A DNA stretch of 64,000 nucleotides, taken from Candidatus Hydrogenedentota bacterium. Lineage in GTDB: Bacteria > Hydrogenedentota > Hydrogenedentia > Hydrogenedentales > SLHB01. Numbering within the stretch: the stretch's first letter is position 1; each line of letters starts with the position of its first letter. Shown in pieces: positions 39,563 to 48,963 of this stretch. A program made the translations under genes and the position numbers. The notes below the pieces were generated by a model that worked only from the letters and a program-made list of their open reading frames with translations, searched no databases and was not told the origin of the DNA. The stretch is from assembly GCA_963745075.1 (NCBI GenBank), contig CAVUWV010000011.1, positions 125,298 to 189,297 on the forward strand, read 5' to 3'.

Positions 39563-40693
39563 CTACGGGTTCACGGCTGACTTTGGCAAACCGCGGCCGG
39601 CGAATCGAAAGAAGACCTTCAACAACCAGTCGGCGCTGCACGCGAAGTTCGTGAATGCGACGATCGTCTTGACGGTTCGCCGCGAGATCTTGACTTCGTT
39701 TCCCGACGCGAAATCCGGGTTGGCATGAATCCGCCGCAGGGTGAACATCGCCATAAAGAGTGCCCACAGGCAAAAACGGCGAATGCCGGGTTCGGACTTG
39801 GGAACGAGCAATGTGTAGGTTAACGCGATCTCAAGGTGTCCGTGCGTAATGGCGACAAGCTCGCGCAGCCCCGCGCGAAATCCGGGATCGCTCTGGCCGG
39901 GCCGCAGGTTGCGCAAATCGAACCCGTGCGCGTCAAATACGCTCTGCGGCAACCAGACCACGTTGCGTTCCCTATCGTCCCAGATGTCTTTGAGGATGTT
40001 GGTCATCTGGAGACCTTGACCGAAGGAGACGGCAAGGCGTTCCAACCCTTCCCGGTTTCGGGCGACCGCGGCGGAGTGAGCGCAGAAGAGCGCGCACAAC
40101 ATCTCGCCGACCACGCCGGCAACGTGGTAGCAGTACGCATCCAGGTGGGGAACATCATGCAGACCGTGGGTGAACTTCCCTTCCTGGAAGTCCTCCATCC
40201 CGTCGGACATGATGCGAACGCACCGCGTGAGGGCTTCGCGCTCTTCGCGCGTGAAGCTGTGGGTGAGCCGGATCACGGCGGGAGTATTGCGCACCAGGTC
40301 GCGTTCGGCATCGAGGCATCCGTCCGTCAGTGCCGCCGCCAGCTCGCGGCCGAAGTCCTCCGGCGAGGAATCGCCCTTTACGACAGCGACAAACGCACCG
40401 CCGAACCGGCATTTTTCCTCGATCGTGAGGACCGACGAGTCTTCAATCGTATCTGCAATGCGACAAAGGAGATAGGCGTTTCCGACCACGGCGCGAAGCC
40501 GGTCCGGAAGCTGGGGAATCGTCAGCGCAAAGGTCCGCGACACGCCTTGGAGGATTTCCTCCTGGTAGCGCAAGTCGGCGCTGGGGTCCGGCGCGCTGGT
40601 TTCCGGCTCTTTGGTCAGCACAAACAGACTCCGGGAACGGGTTTGACGCGGTTTCGAGGTGTTATTGTACGTGCCGGGATGCCGTGATGTCAC
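39563..40693 (-). CDS. Squalene/phytoene synthase family protein (start uncertain)
   Basis: VSRTFAL, YLLCRIADTIED, YCYHVAGVVGEML, GLQMTNILKD, VKISR. Confidence 0.9.
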   Translation of the reverse strand: MTSRHPGTYNNTSKPRQTRSRSLFVLTKEPETSAPDPSADLRYQEEILQGVSRTFALTIPQLPDRLRAVVGNAYLLCRIADTIEDSSVLTIEEKCRFGGAFVAVVKGDSSPEDFGRELAAALTDGCLDAERDLVRNTPAVIRLTHSFTREEREALTRCVRIMSDGMEDFQEGKFTHGLHDVPHLDAYCYHVAGVVGEMLCALFCAHSAAVARNREGLERLAVSFGQGLQMTNILKDIWDDRERNVVWLPQSVFDAHGFDLRNLRPGQSDPGFRAGLRELVAITHGHLEIALTYTLLVPKSEPGIRRFCLWALFMAMFTLRRIHANPDFASGNEVKISRRTVKTIVAFTNFACSADWLLKVFFRFAGRGLPKSAVNP

Positions 40694-40867
40694 GCTGCGA
40701 GCAGGTTCGGGGCGGGGAGTCTACCGGTTGGTGTCAGACGAAGAACATACCGCCGCCGGTTCGAACCTGCGAGACTGGCGCGGTTCGACTCGAGGTGAAG
40801 TATCGGTATTCATGCGTTATACTTGCATTGCAAGCCGACGTAACACGTATTGGATTGGAGAAGGATC

Positions 40868-41818
40868 ATGGCCAAAGGAAAACGGTTCAAAATTGCATGT
40901 ATTGGCGCGGGAAACGTGGGGGCGACGGCCGCGCAATACTGTCTGGATATGCAGCTCGGGGACGTCATCCTGACGGACGTTGTCGAGGGAATGCCCCAAG
41001 GAAAAGCGTTGGACCTGATGGAAGCGGGGCCGGTTCGCGAATTCAGTTGCACGGCACGGGGGACCAATGACTACAAAGACATTACGGGAGCCGACATCTG
41101 CGTCGTCACGGCCGGTCTTCCGCGCAAGCCGGGCATGACGCGCCTGGATCTCCTGGGTAAGAACGGCGGCATCATGGCCGATGTGTGCGCGAATATCGCA
41201 AAATATGCCCCGGACAGCATCGTGGTAGTCGTCACGAACCCGCTGGATGTCATGTGCTATGTGGCCTTGAAGAAGCTCGGGTTCCCGAAGTCGCGCGTCA
41301 TCGGTATGGCGGGCATCCTGGACAGTTCACGCATGCGTTCGTTCGTGGCCGATGAGTTAGGCGTGAGCATGAAAAACGTCGACACCATGGTGCTCGGTTC
41401 GCACGGCGACGACATGGTGCCCCTTCCCGAATACACGACCGTTTCCGGAATCCCCATCACGCAACTGATCCCGCAAGATCGGATCGATGCCATTATTCAA
41501 CGGACGCGCAAGGGCGGCGGAGAAATCGTCGCGTTATTGAAGACCGGCAGCGCCTACTACGCGCCGGGCGCCAGCGCCGCGCGAATGGTGCAATCGATCC
41601 TTCGTGACGAGAATCAGGTATTGCCGTGCGCGGCGTACCTGGACGGTGAATACGGTCTCGACGACGTGTACGCCGGGGTGCCGTGCGTGCTGGGCAAGGA
41701 CGGCGTCGAAAAGATCATCGAATTGAAACTCACCGAAGAACAACGCGCGGCTTTGCACAAGTCTTCGGAAGAAGTGCGCACCGGGATCTCCGGTCTGAAA
41801 GATCTCGGAATCCTGTAA
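40868..41818 (+). CDS. mdh: Malate dehydrogenase (LDH-like type)
   Basis: IGAGNVG, GKALDL, TAGLPRKPGMTR.DLL, VTNPLD, LDSSR, LGSHGD, GSAYYAP. Confidence 0.97.
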   Translation: MAKGKRFKIACIGAGNVGATAAQYCLDMQLGDVILTDVVEGMPQGKALDLMEAGPVREFSCTARGTNDYKDITGADICVVTAGLPRKPGMTRLDLLGKNGGIMADVCANIAKYAPDSIVVVVTNPLDVMCYVALKKLGFPKSRVIGMAGILDSSRMRSFVADELGVSMKNVDTMVLGSHGDDMVPLPEYTTVSGIPITQLIPQDRIDAIIQRTRKGGGEIVALLKTGSAYYAPGASAARMVQSILRDENQVLPCAAYLDGEYGLDDVYAGVPCVLGKDGVEKIIELKLTEEQRAALHKSSEEVRTGISGLKDLGIL

Positions 41819-41837
41819 CCGCAAAGGAGTCAATCAG

Positions 41838-42713
41838 ATGCGGGTCGTACGTTCCTGGATTTTGCTGGCGATAGCGATAGCGGCAACGGCGGCTCCTCTC
41901 GCCGTCGCCGAACCATTGGGTGACGCGGCGGCCGACGCGGCGATTACGGCCCGCATTGAGACGACCTTCCTGCTCAATGACTACCTGAGCCCGTTCAATA
42001 TTAATACGACCACCAAAGACGGCGTCGTGACCCTTACGGGAAGCGTGGCGGACGACATCCAGAAAGACCTCGCCACGGATCTCGCGAAATCGGTCGACGG
42101 CGTGAAGGAGGTCAAGAACAATCTGACCGTCGTCGGCACGGTTGTGTCCGAACGTCCGAAACGGACGTGGCGCGAACGGATCGACGACGCCACGCTCGCG
42201 GCGACCGTTCGCTCGAATCTGCTGTACAACAAGGAGTTCAAGGGCCTCAAGATCGGGGTGGGCGTCGAGGGTGGTACGGTCACGCTGTTTGGTGTCGTTA
42301 ACACATACTACGAGAAAGACCGCATCGAACAGATTGTGATGGATACGCGCGGTGTCGACAAGGTGATTAACCATCTCACCGTGCACCCCTCGGAAGGCGG
42401 TAACGTGCTGTCGTCAGCCACCCAAAAGGTTGCCGATGAGTGGATTGAAAAGCGCGTGGCCACGGCCATCACGTTGAACCGCTACATCACCATGCGGAGT
42501 CTGAACGTGAAAGTGGACAACGGGCTTTGTATTCTTACGGGCAGCGTGGATTCCGAAAAGCAGCGCGAGCTTGCCCAGAATCTGGCAACGAGCATCAGCG
42601 GTGTGGAAAAGGTCCAAAACGACATCACGATCTATGAACCGCCCGAACCCGCTGCGCCGCCGGAATCGACGGAGCAACCGACCGAAGGGACTTCTCCACC
42701 GGCGAAGCCTTGA
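41838..42713 (+). CDS. Periplasmic triple BON domain protein (OsmY-like)
   Basis: Three D..I...GxVxLxG...GV..V.N repeats after a signal peptide. Confidence 0.9.
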   Translation: MRVVRSWILLAIAIAATAAPLAVAEPLGDAAADAAITARIETTFLLNDYLSPFNINTTTKDGVVTLTGSVADDIQKDLATDLAKSVDGVKEVKNNLTVVGTVVSERPKRTWRERIDDATLAATVRSNLLYNKEFKGLKIGVGVEGGTVTLFGVVNTYYEKDRIEQIVMDTRGVDKVINHLTVHPSEGGNVLSSATQKVADEWIEKRVATAITLNRYITMRSLNVKVDNGLCILTGSVDSEKQRELAQNLATSISGVEKVQNDITIYEPPEPAAPPESTEQPTEGTSPPAKP

Positions 42714-42759
42714 GGTAACCGTCCAGTAACGCAGAACGTGAGCGTGGAGTGTCGCGTCT

Positions 42760-43647
42760 TTGACTGCAGAACGCAAACAAGTCATTTTCGTCGTGGTCAT
42801 CACGGCACTCACGTTGGGTTTCATGATCTTCGCATTTGTGACGGGGCAAGGAGGCGGCCTGAATGCCGCGACCAGCTCTGCCAAACCGTTCACGACAGAC
42901 AAACCCCGCGATGTCACCATGCCGATCGCGCGGAGCGAAGATGCCGACACGCCGGACTTCGATCCGCAGGATTTGGCAGACCGCGACGCGCCGCCCAAGG
43001 AAACGAGGATGCTCCTGATGGACAGCCGGCTGCGCGAGCGCCTGGCATCCAATGCGGGCGAGCGGTTGGCGATGGAGGCCTTCGCCCAATTCAATCCGGC
43101 GGATGGGGTGGCGCTGTTGGTAAACCGATTGCCCGGTATGGCGTCGGCAGCGGAAGCCACCGCCATGTATTCCGCCCTGGGCAAACTCTATCTGCAGACA
43201 GACCCGCCCCAGGTCGACCGGGCCCTGGCCAGCCTGCGGGAAGCACAACGATTGGCGGATACGGCAGAAACCGCTCACCGGGCCTTGCTCGCGGAGATTA
43301 CCCTGCTCAAAGACCAGGGGGGGTGGGAAGAAGCCGGGCCACGGTTGATGGAAGCATTCCCGGAGGGTTCGGCCACGACGATACCGGGTCTGCAATTGTC
43401 CGTCTTACGGGGGAGGTATTACGAAGAGACCGGCGATCTCGGCAGAGCCGAAAACGCGTACAAGCAGACGGCAGAACAGGCGCGCCAACTGCGCGATCAT
43501 CTGGGACCGGATGCCGATGCGGTCTACCGGCAAGTCTGCATGAATCTCTCGCGACTTTACCGAGAAATGGACCGGGATGACGACGCGGAGAAAGTCTTGC
43601 GGGCCATGCGCCTGCGACTTGACGACGATGCCCCGCCGCTGCCGTAA
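42760..43647 (+). CDS. Membrane-anchored TPR-like protein
   Basis: N-terminal TM and helical repeats (ALGKLYL, GRYYEETGD..RAENAY). Start uncertain. Confidence 0.7.
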   Translation: MTAERKQVIFVVVITALTLGFMIFAFVTGQGGGLNAATSSAKPFTTDKPRDVTMPIARSEDADTPDFDPQDLADRDAPPKETRMLLMDSRLRERLASNAGERLAMEAFAQFNPADGVALLVNRLPGMASAAEATAMYSALGKLYLQTDPPQVDRALASLREAQRLADTAETAHRALLAEITLLKDQGGWEEAGPRLMEAFPEGSATTIPGLQLSVLRGRYYEETGDLGRAENAYKQTAEQARQLRDHLGPDADAVYRQVCMNLSRLYREMDRDDDAEKVLRAMRLRLDDDAPPLP

Positions 43648-43660
43648 GCACCGCTACCGG

Positions 43661-44446
43661 CTACTTTGCCGCGCTTTCTGATTTCACTTCCGGTTCCTCG
43701 CCGCGGGTCAAGGGAACGAATCGCACGGCGAGCACGCTTCGTTGGGTGATGGAACCGTCCATCTTCTTCTCCAGCAGGAATAATCGCTGATTGCCAAAGG
43801 GTGGTCCCACGGGGATGACCATGCGACCGCCGGGTTTCAGTTGTTCCACGAGCGGCGGCGGGATGTGGCTGGCCGCGGCAGTGACAATGATGCCGTCAAA
43901 GGGTGCATGTTCCTTCCAACCGTAGTAGCCGTCACCGTGACGCGTCTCGACATTCTCGTATTTGAGTTCGGCGAGCCGGACTTCAGCGGATTTCGCCAGC
44001 GGCTCGACGATTTCGATGGTGCATACCCGCCTTACAATCTGCCCGAGTACGGCGGCCTGGTAGCCCGATCCGGTGCCGATTTCGAGGACGGCATCGTCCG
44101 AATCGACATGCAACAGTTCCGTCATGAGCGCGACGATGTAGGGCTGGGAGATGGTCTGGCCGTAACCGATCGGCAAGGGACTATCGGCGTAGGCCTTGTC
44201 TTGCAGACTTTCAGAAACGAATCTGTGGCGGGGCACCGTGCGCATCGCGTCCAGCACGGCCCCATCTTTCACGCCGCGTCGTCCAAAATATCCATCTGCT
44301 GCGATATCCTCGGCGACCATTCGCTCCCGCGCTTTGACGAATTGCGGGGAATCCTCCGCCATGACGGATTGTGGGTGGAATAGGGCCGCAGCGACCGCAA
44401 GCGTCAAGGCGGCCAAAGGGATCTGACCTGAGTGTGGGGGAACCAT
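43661..44446 (-). CDS. pcm: Protein-L-isoaspartate O-methyltransferase
   Basis: VPRHRFV, PIGYGQTISQPYIVA, VLEIGTGSGYQAAVL, APFDGIIVTAA, QLKPGGRMVIPVG. RBS AGGAGG upstream of 44446. Confidence 0.95.
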   Translation of the reverse strand: MVPPHSGQIPLAALTLAVAAALFHPQSVMAEDSPQFVKARERMVAEDIAADGYFGRRGVKDGAVLDAMRTVPRHRFVSESLQDKAYADSPLPIGYGQTISQPYIVALMTELLHVDSDDAVLEIGTGSGYQAAVLGQIVRRVCTIEIVEPLAKSAEVRLAELKYENVETRHGDGYYGWKEHAPFDGIIVTAAASHIPPPLVEQLKPGGRMVIPVGPPFGNQRLFLLEKKMDGSITQRSVLAVRFVPLTRGEEPEVKSESAAK

Positions 44447-44724
44447 TGGACCTCCTACTCGCGCGATACATCGCGTTGCGATTCCTTGGCCATGCCCCTC
44501 CTTGTGATGACAACACCGATCCGGGAATTTTGTCAAGACTTCTCGATTGGATGCACCGCTGGCCGAATCCCGAGTCCTCGCGTACAATTGAAGTGAAGGA
44601 GTAGGTGCACTTGGGCCGTCGTTTCGGGCTTGCGTCGTAACCAATTGCAGAAAAACGGGTTATTCGATATTGTGAAACCCGATCGTTCGCGGGCGGGTCC
44701 GAAAATAAACGCAGGGATTGCAAC

Positions 44725-45651
44725 ATGAAGTACCTCGCCTCACGCTTGCGCGTTGTGATTCACATCGGTAACTACTTGGCGCTTGTTACCCTCGCCGGTT
44801 TGCTGCTTTCAGGATGCCCCGACGGAGGGACCACGTCTGGCAGCGTAGACGTGACCTTTGACGTGGCCTATGCCGTGGGCAACTACTCGCCGACCGCCGC
44901 CCAGACCACCTGGGAAGAGAAGACGTTGTATCTCGACGTCTATGAACCCACGGACGGCACGAAGGCGGCGCGCAGGGCGTTGATTCTGATGCATGGCGGA
45001 AGCTTCCTGGAGGACGGCAAAGACAACGAACGCATGACGGAATGGGCAAACTATTTTGCGAATCGCGGGTTCGTCGTGTTCTCCATCGATTATCGACTGA
45101 TCGGAGACTATCCGCCCGCGCCGCTGTACTGGGAGGCGTCGCTGTTGCCGGATACGGCCCATGCAGCGACAGTCGATGCCAAGGCGGCCGTGCGGTTCGT
45201 GCGGGCGAACGCGGCATCCTACAATGTTGACCCAAATCGCATCGCCTTTCTTGGCGAGTCGGCCGGTGCCATCGCTGGTGCGGGCGTGGCCTACACGGAC
45301 TCGGAAGACTTGGCCTCAGACGGGCAGGCGTTTCCCATCCCCGCATTCAACAACCCCGGCGTGTCCGCCCGCGTGAACGCCTACATCCATTTCTGGGGCA
45401 ATGCCGATCACGTGTTGTCAGACCTCGATGCCAACGACCCGCCGACGATGATTTGCCACGGCAATGAGGACGACGTGTTCCTGACGCCGTTCCAGTCCGC
45501 CGAACGCCTGAACTTCTTCCTCGACCTGATTGGCGTGCCGAACGAATTCTACGAAGCCGACGGATTCGGCCACGGCGCTTGGAACTACCGGCTCCGTGGC
45601 AAGAGCCTCGAACGGCTCACGTACGAGTTTTTGCAGGATTACATGCCGTAG
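44725..45651 (+). CDS. Lipoprotein alpha/beta hydrolase (esterase)
   Basis: LSGC lipobox, HGGSF, GESAG nucleophile elbow, HG..D and GH. Confidence 0.88.
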   Translation: MKYLASRLRVVIHIGNYLALVTLAGLLLSGCPDGGTTSGSVDVTFDVAYAVGNYSPTAAQTTWEEKTLYLDVYEPTDGTKAARRALILMHGGSFLEDGKDNERMTEWANYFANRGFVVFSIDYRLIGDYPPAPLYWEASLLPDTAHAATVDAKAAVRFVRANAASYNVDPNRIAFLGESAGAIAGAGVAYTDSEDLASDGQAFPIPAFNNPGVSARVNAYIHFWGNADHVLSDLDANDPPTMICHGNEDDVFLTPFQSAERLNFFLDLIGVPNEFYEADGFGHGAWNYRLRGKSLERLTYEFLQDYMP

Positions 45652-45799
45652 GCATAGCCTGTGCATGTACGAGGAATTCCGAGCGGCGAGAATCCGCAAA
45701 TGTGCCGGTCGTGTTGCATCAACCGCCCGAAAATCAGTATGATCCCCATTCTGCCAAGCGGATTGCCGCGACCGGAAATGTGGTCGCGCGCCCATTTGT

Positions 45800-45875
45800 G
45801 AACGGGTAGCTCAGTTGGTAGAGCATCGGACTTTTAATCCGGTGGTCGTGGGTTCGATCCCCACCCCGTTCACCA
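45800..45875 (+). tRNA. tRNA-Lys (anticodon UUU)
   Basis: Acceptor stem GAACGGG/CCCGTTC, D arm TAGCTCAGTTGGTAGAGC, anticodon loop CTTTTAA, T arm GTGGGTTCGATCCCCAC, encoded CCA. Confidence 0.97.
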
Positions 45876-45994
45876 TTTTCTACTTCTTCCATGGATCTGC
45901 CTTGCGCCGAGGTGGCATGTCTCTCGCCGGATCGGGCATGCTGTGTGGGACACGTGCTGCGACCAAGTCGAGGTAACAACTTCCCGGGGAAACC

Positions 45995-46724
45995 ATGATA
46001 AAGAATCTCGCGTTTGTATCCGTCTTGTGTGCCTGTCTGCTTCTGGTAATCGCGGTCCACGCCGAGGATCCCGGCGCGTTTCGCCCGCTCTTCAACGGCG
46101 AGGACCTGTCAGGTTGGGTCAATGTGAATACCGATGAAGATACGTGGTCCGTTAAAGACGGATTGCTGGTATGCAGCGGCCACCCCATCGGCGTCATGCG
46201 GAGCGAGAAGCAGTACGAGAACTTCATCCTCCACATCGAATGGATGCACACGGAACCCGGCGGCAACTCGGGCGTGTTCGTGTGGAGCGAAGGCACGGTG
46301 CCCGAGGGGCGGCAATCTGCCCAAAGGGGTCGAGGTGCAGATGCTTGAACTTGACTGGGTAAAACTACATCCACAGGCAAACGGCGAGCTGCCGCCCATC
46401 GCGTATGTCCACGGCGAACTTTTCGGTGCGAACGGGGCGACCACCGTTCCCGACAACCCGCGCGGCAACCGCAGCAAGTCCATCGAAAACCGTTGCAAGG
46501 GCAAAGGCGAGTGGAACGTCTACGACGTCGTCTGCGTGGACGGTGTCATCAAGCTGTCCGTCAACGGCAAGTTCGTCAACGGCATCCGCAAGTCTTCCGT
46601 GAAGAAGGGCTACCTCTGCCTCGAATCGGAAGGCGCGGAGATTCATTTCCGGAACATTCAGATCCTGGAACTGCCCCCGGGCGTCACCACGGAAGAGCAA
46701 ACCGCGCCAACGGTGGAAAAGTAG
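45995..46724 (+). CDS. Secreted DUF1080 protein, frameshifted near 46308
   Basis: [11 protein letters not shown] and GGNSGVF, then in the second frame EVQML, GEWN and [13 protein letters not shown]. Confidence 0.85.
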
Positions 46725-46784
46725 GGGAGATATTGGGTTGGCCACTGCTGTTGCCGGTCCGGAACATTGCGAGGTGACTGTAAA

Positions 46785-47671
46785 GTGAATATCGTCGACA
46801 TACTGAACGCAATTGAGCGTTATACCGGCTCGTTCCCCAGTCAGGCGCTGAGCGAAGCTATCGAACAGCGTGAAGCGATTACGCCGGAGCTATTGCGGAT
46901 ACTCGACGACACGATTGCCCGGGCCGACGAGATTGTGGACCAGGATCCCGACGGACGTTACATGGCCCACCTCTACGCGATGTACTTACTCGCACAATTT
47001 CGCGAGAAACGTGCCTATCCTCTTGTGGTGCGGTTCTGCCGGCTCGAGGAGGAGATTCTGGACTGGTTAACCGGCGACTTTATAACGGAAGACCTTTACC
47101 GAGTGCTTGCTTCGGTCTGTCACGGCGACACTTCCCTGATTGAAGGACTTGTTGAGGACCCAGAGGTGTTCGAATACGCGCGCTCTGCGGCGTTGCGATC
47201 ATTGACCGTGCTCGTTATGGAGGGGGACAAAGCCGGGACGACGTGATGTCCTACCTGAAATCGTTGTTTGACGGTAAACTTGAACGGACGTATTCTCATG
47301 TGTGGGATATTCTCGTATCTGAATCAACAGACCTTCATCCAGCCGAAGTCTATGAGGATATCCAGGTGGCCTTTCGCGAAGGCCTCATCGATCCCACGTT
47401 CATAGACACCAAGGATGTCGAGCGGGCGCTTCGCCAAGAGCAGTCCCATCTCATCGCGAAACTTTCCAAGTACAATAAGGGCTACATCACGAACGCGATC
47501 AAGGATATGGGGTGGTGGTCTTGCTTCGATCAACCCCATGGTTCGCCGCAAGGCCTGCCGCCCCTGGTCGAAGACGATACTTCCCTTCCGTCCGTTAAGG
47601 TGGGTCCGAACGAGCCCTGTATATGCGGCAGCGGAAAGAAATACAAGAAATGTTGCGGGAGGGTCGCTTAG
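46785..47671 (+). CDS. DUF1186-like protein with C-terminal SEC-C motif, frameshifted near 47230
   Basis: AMYLLAQFRE..AYP, GDFITEDL..VLAS and EYARSAAL; second frame ends VGPNEPCICGSGKKYKKCC. Confidence 0.85.
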
Positions 47672-47809
47672 CGGCGCATGCAATGCACTCCCTTGCTTTG
47701 TCCCTTGGCCATATTCAAGGTAACCTTGAATATGGCGCATCCTGTGTCGCCGTGTTAAAGGCTGCCTTGAATAAGGAATCCAGGCCGGTGATTTCACCGG
47801 ATGGCGCAC

Positions 47810-48949
47810 TTATTTGCCATCAACCGTCACACCCAATTTCCGCCGAATGTACTCCTCGCAGATGCGGTAGTAGGTGACCATGGAGTCCACGTCGATCCAC
47901 TCGTCTTCGCTGTGGATGTTGCCCACGATAGGTTGGGAGAGGTTGACGGGTATGCCGAAGTCGGCGATGAAGCGGGCGTCGCTGCCGCCGGAGGCGCGGG
48001 CCTTGGTGACGGGAAGTCCGGTGACCTCGGCGGTGACTTGACAGAACAGATCGTCCGGGGCGAGGTGGGTCGCTTCGGATGCGACGAGTACTTCCAGTTC
48101 GCATGCCGCGCCGAGGATCACCTTGGTCTCTTCCAACATGTCGGCGCTGCGGAACGGCGGCGGAAACCGAACGTCCAGACCCGCCTCCACTTTTGCCGGC
48201 AACCGGTTGATCGACTCGTTATGCGTACGGAGAAGCGTCACGGAACAGGTGGGATACCACAATTCGCCCGCGTCATCTGGTTCGCCCGTCGCGTAGCCGT
48301 CGAAGTGGCGGATCAACGCCGTGAGCCGGTCCATGAGACGGTGCAACGCATTGACACCTTGCCACGGACGCGCCGCGTGGGCTGCTTCACCGTGGCACGT
48401 AACGCGCAGATGGAGGATCCCTTTCTCCTCGACGGTGAGCCGCGTCAGCGATCCGCCGTCCGGCATGATGGCGAGATCGCAACGCAGGCCCACATCGCTA
48501 AACAGGTACCGAAAACCATCCTCGCCGCCGCATTCCTCATCGGACGTAACAGCCAGACCCAGGGACAACCCGGGCGATCGCTGGTGCAGGTTGCGGTAGA
48601 GTTCCAGGAGTATTGCGAGACTACCCTTCATATCGCCCGCACCGGGTCCGTAGATTCGGCCGTCCCTAATGGTCGAAGTGTAGGTAGCGAGATCGGGATG
48701 GTCGATGACATCGAGGTGTGCGCAAAGCATGACGGCGGGCGCGGGGTCGGTATCCGGCGTAACCACCATGGACACGTAGCCGTTCGATTCGTATCGCCGG
48801 ATCGCAACGCGCTCGAGTGCGTCGAGATGGTTGGCGATCAATTGAAAGCACCGTTCCCGCTCGTCGGGCCGGGCCTCCGTGCTGCGGATCATCACCAGGT
48901 CGCGCGTGAGGGCGGTCAATCGGGCCGCAAGATCGTTTTCGTGCCGCAT
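47810..48949 (-). CDS. M20 family metallopeptidase/deacylase (ArgE/DapE-like)
   Basis: CAHLDV, GPGAGDMKG, SDEE, GEAAHAARPW.G.NA, GGSDARF, NIHSEDE. Confidence 0.9.
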   Translation of the reverse strand: MRHENDLAARLTALTRDLVMIRSTEARPDERERCFQLIANHLDALERVAIRRYESNGYVSMVVTPDTDPAPAVMLCAHLDVIDHPDLATYTSTIRDGRIYGPGAGDMKGSLAILLELYRNLHQRSPGLSLGLAVTSDEECGGEDGFRYLFSDVGLRCDLAIMPDGGSLTRLTVEEKGILHLRVTCHGEAAHAARPWQGVNALHRLMDRLTALIRHFDGYATGEPDDAGELWYPTCSVTLLRTHNESINRLPAKVEAGLDVRFPPPFRSADMLEETKVILGAACELEVLVASEATHLAPDDLFCQVTAEVTGLPVTKARASGGSDARFIADFGIPVNLSQPIVGNIHSEDEWIDVDSMVTYYRICEEYIRRKLGVTVDGK

Positions 48950-48963
48950 CCTGTACCTTCTTA

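Noticed and set aside
45800..47671. Integrative element at tRNA-Lys
   Set aside because: No integrase lies next to the tRNA, and I saw no duplicate of its 3' end in the window (checked by eye only).
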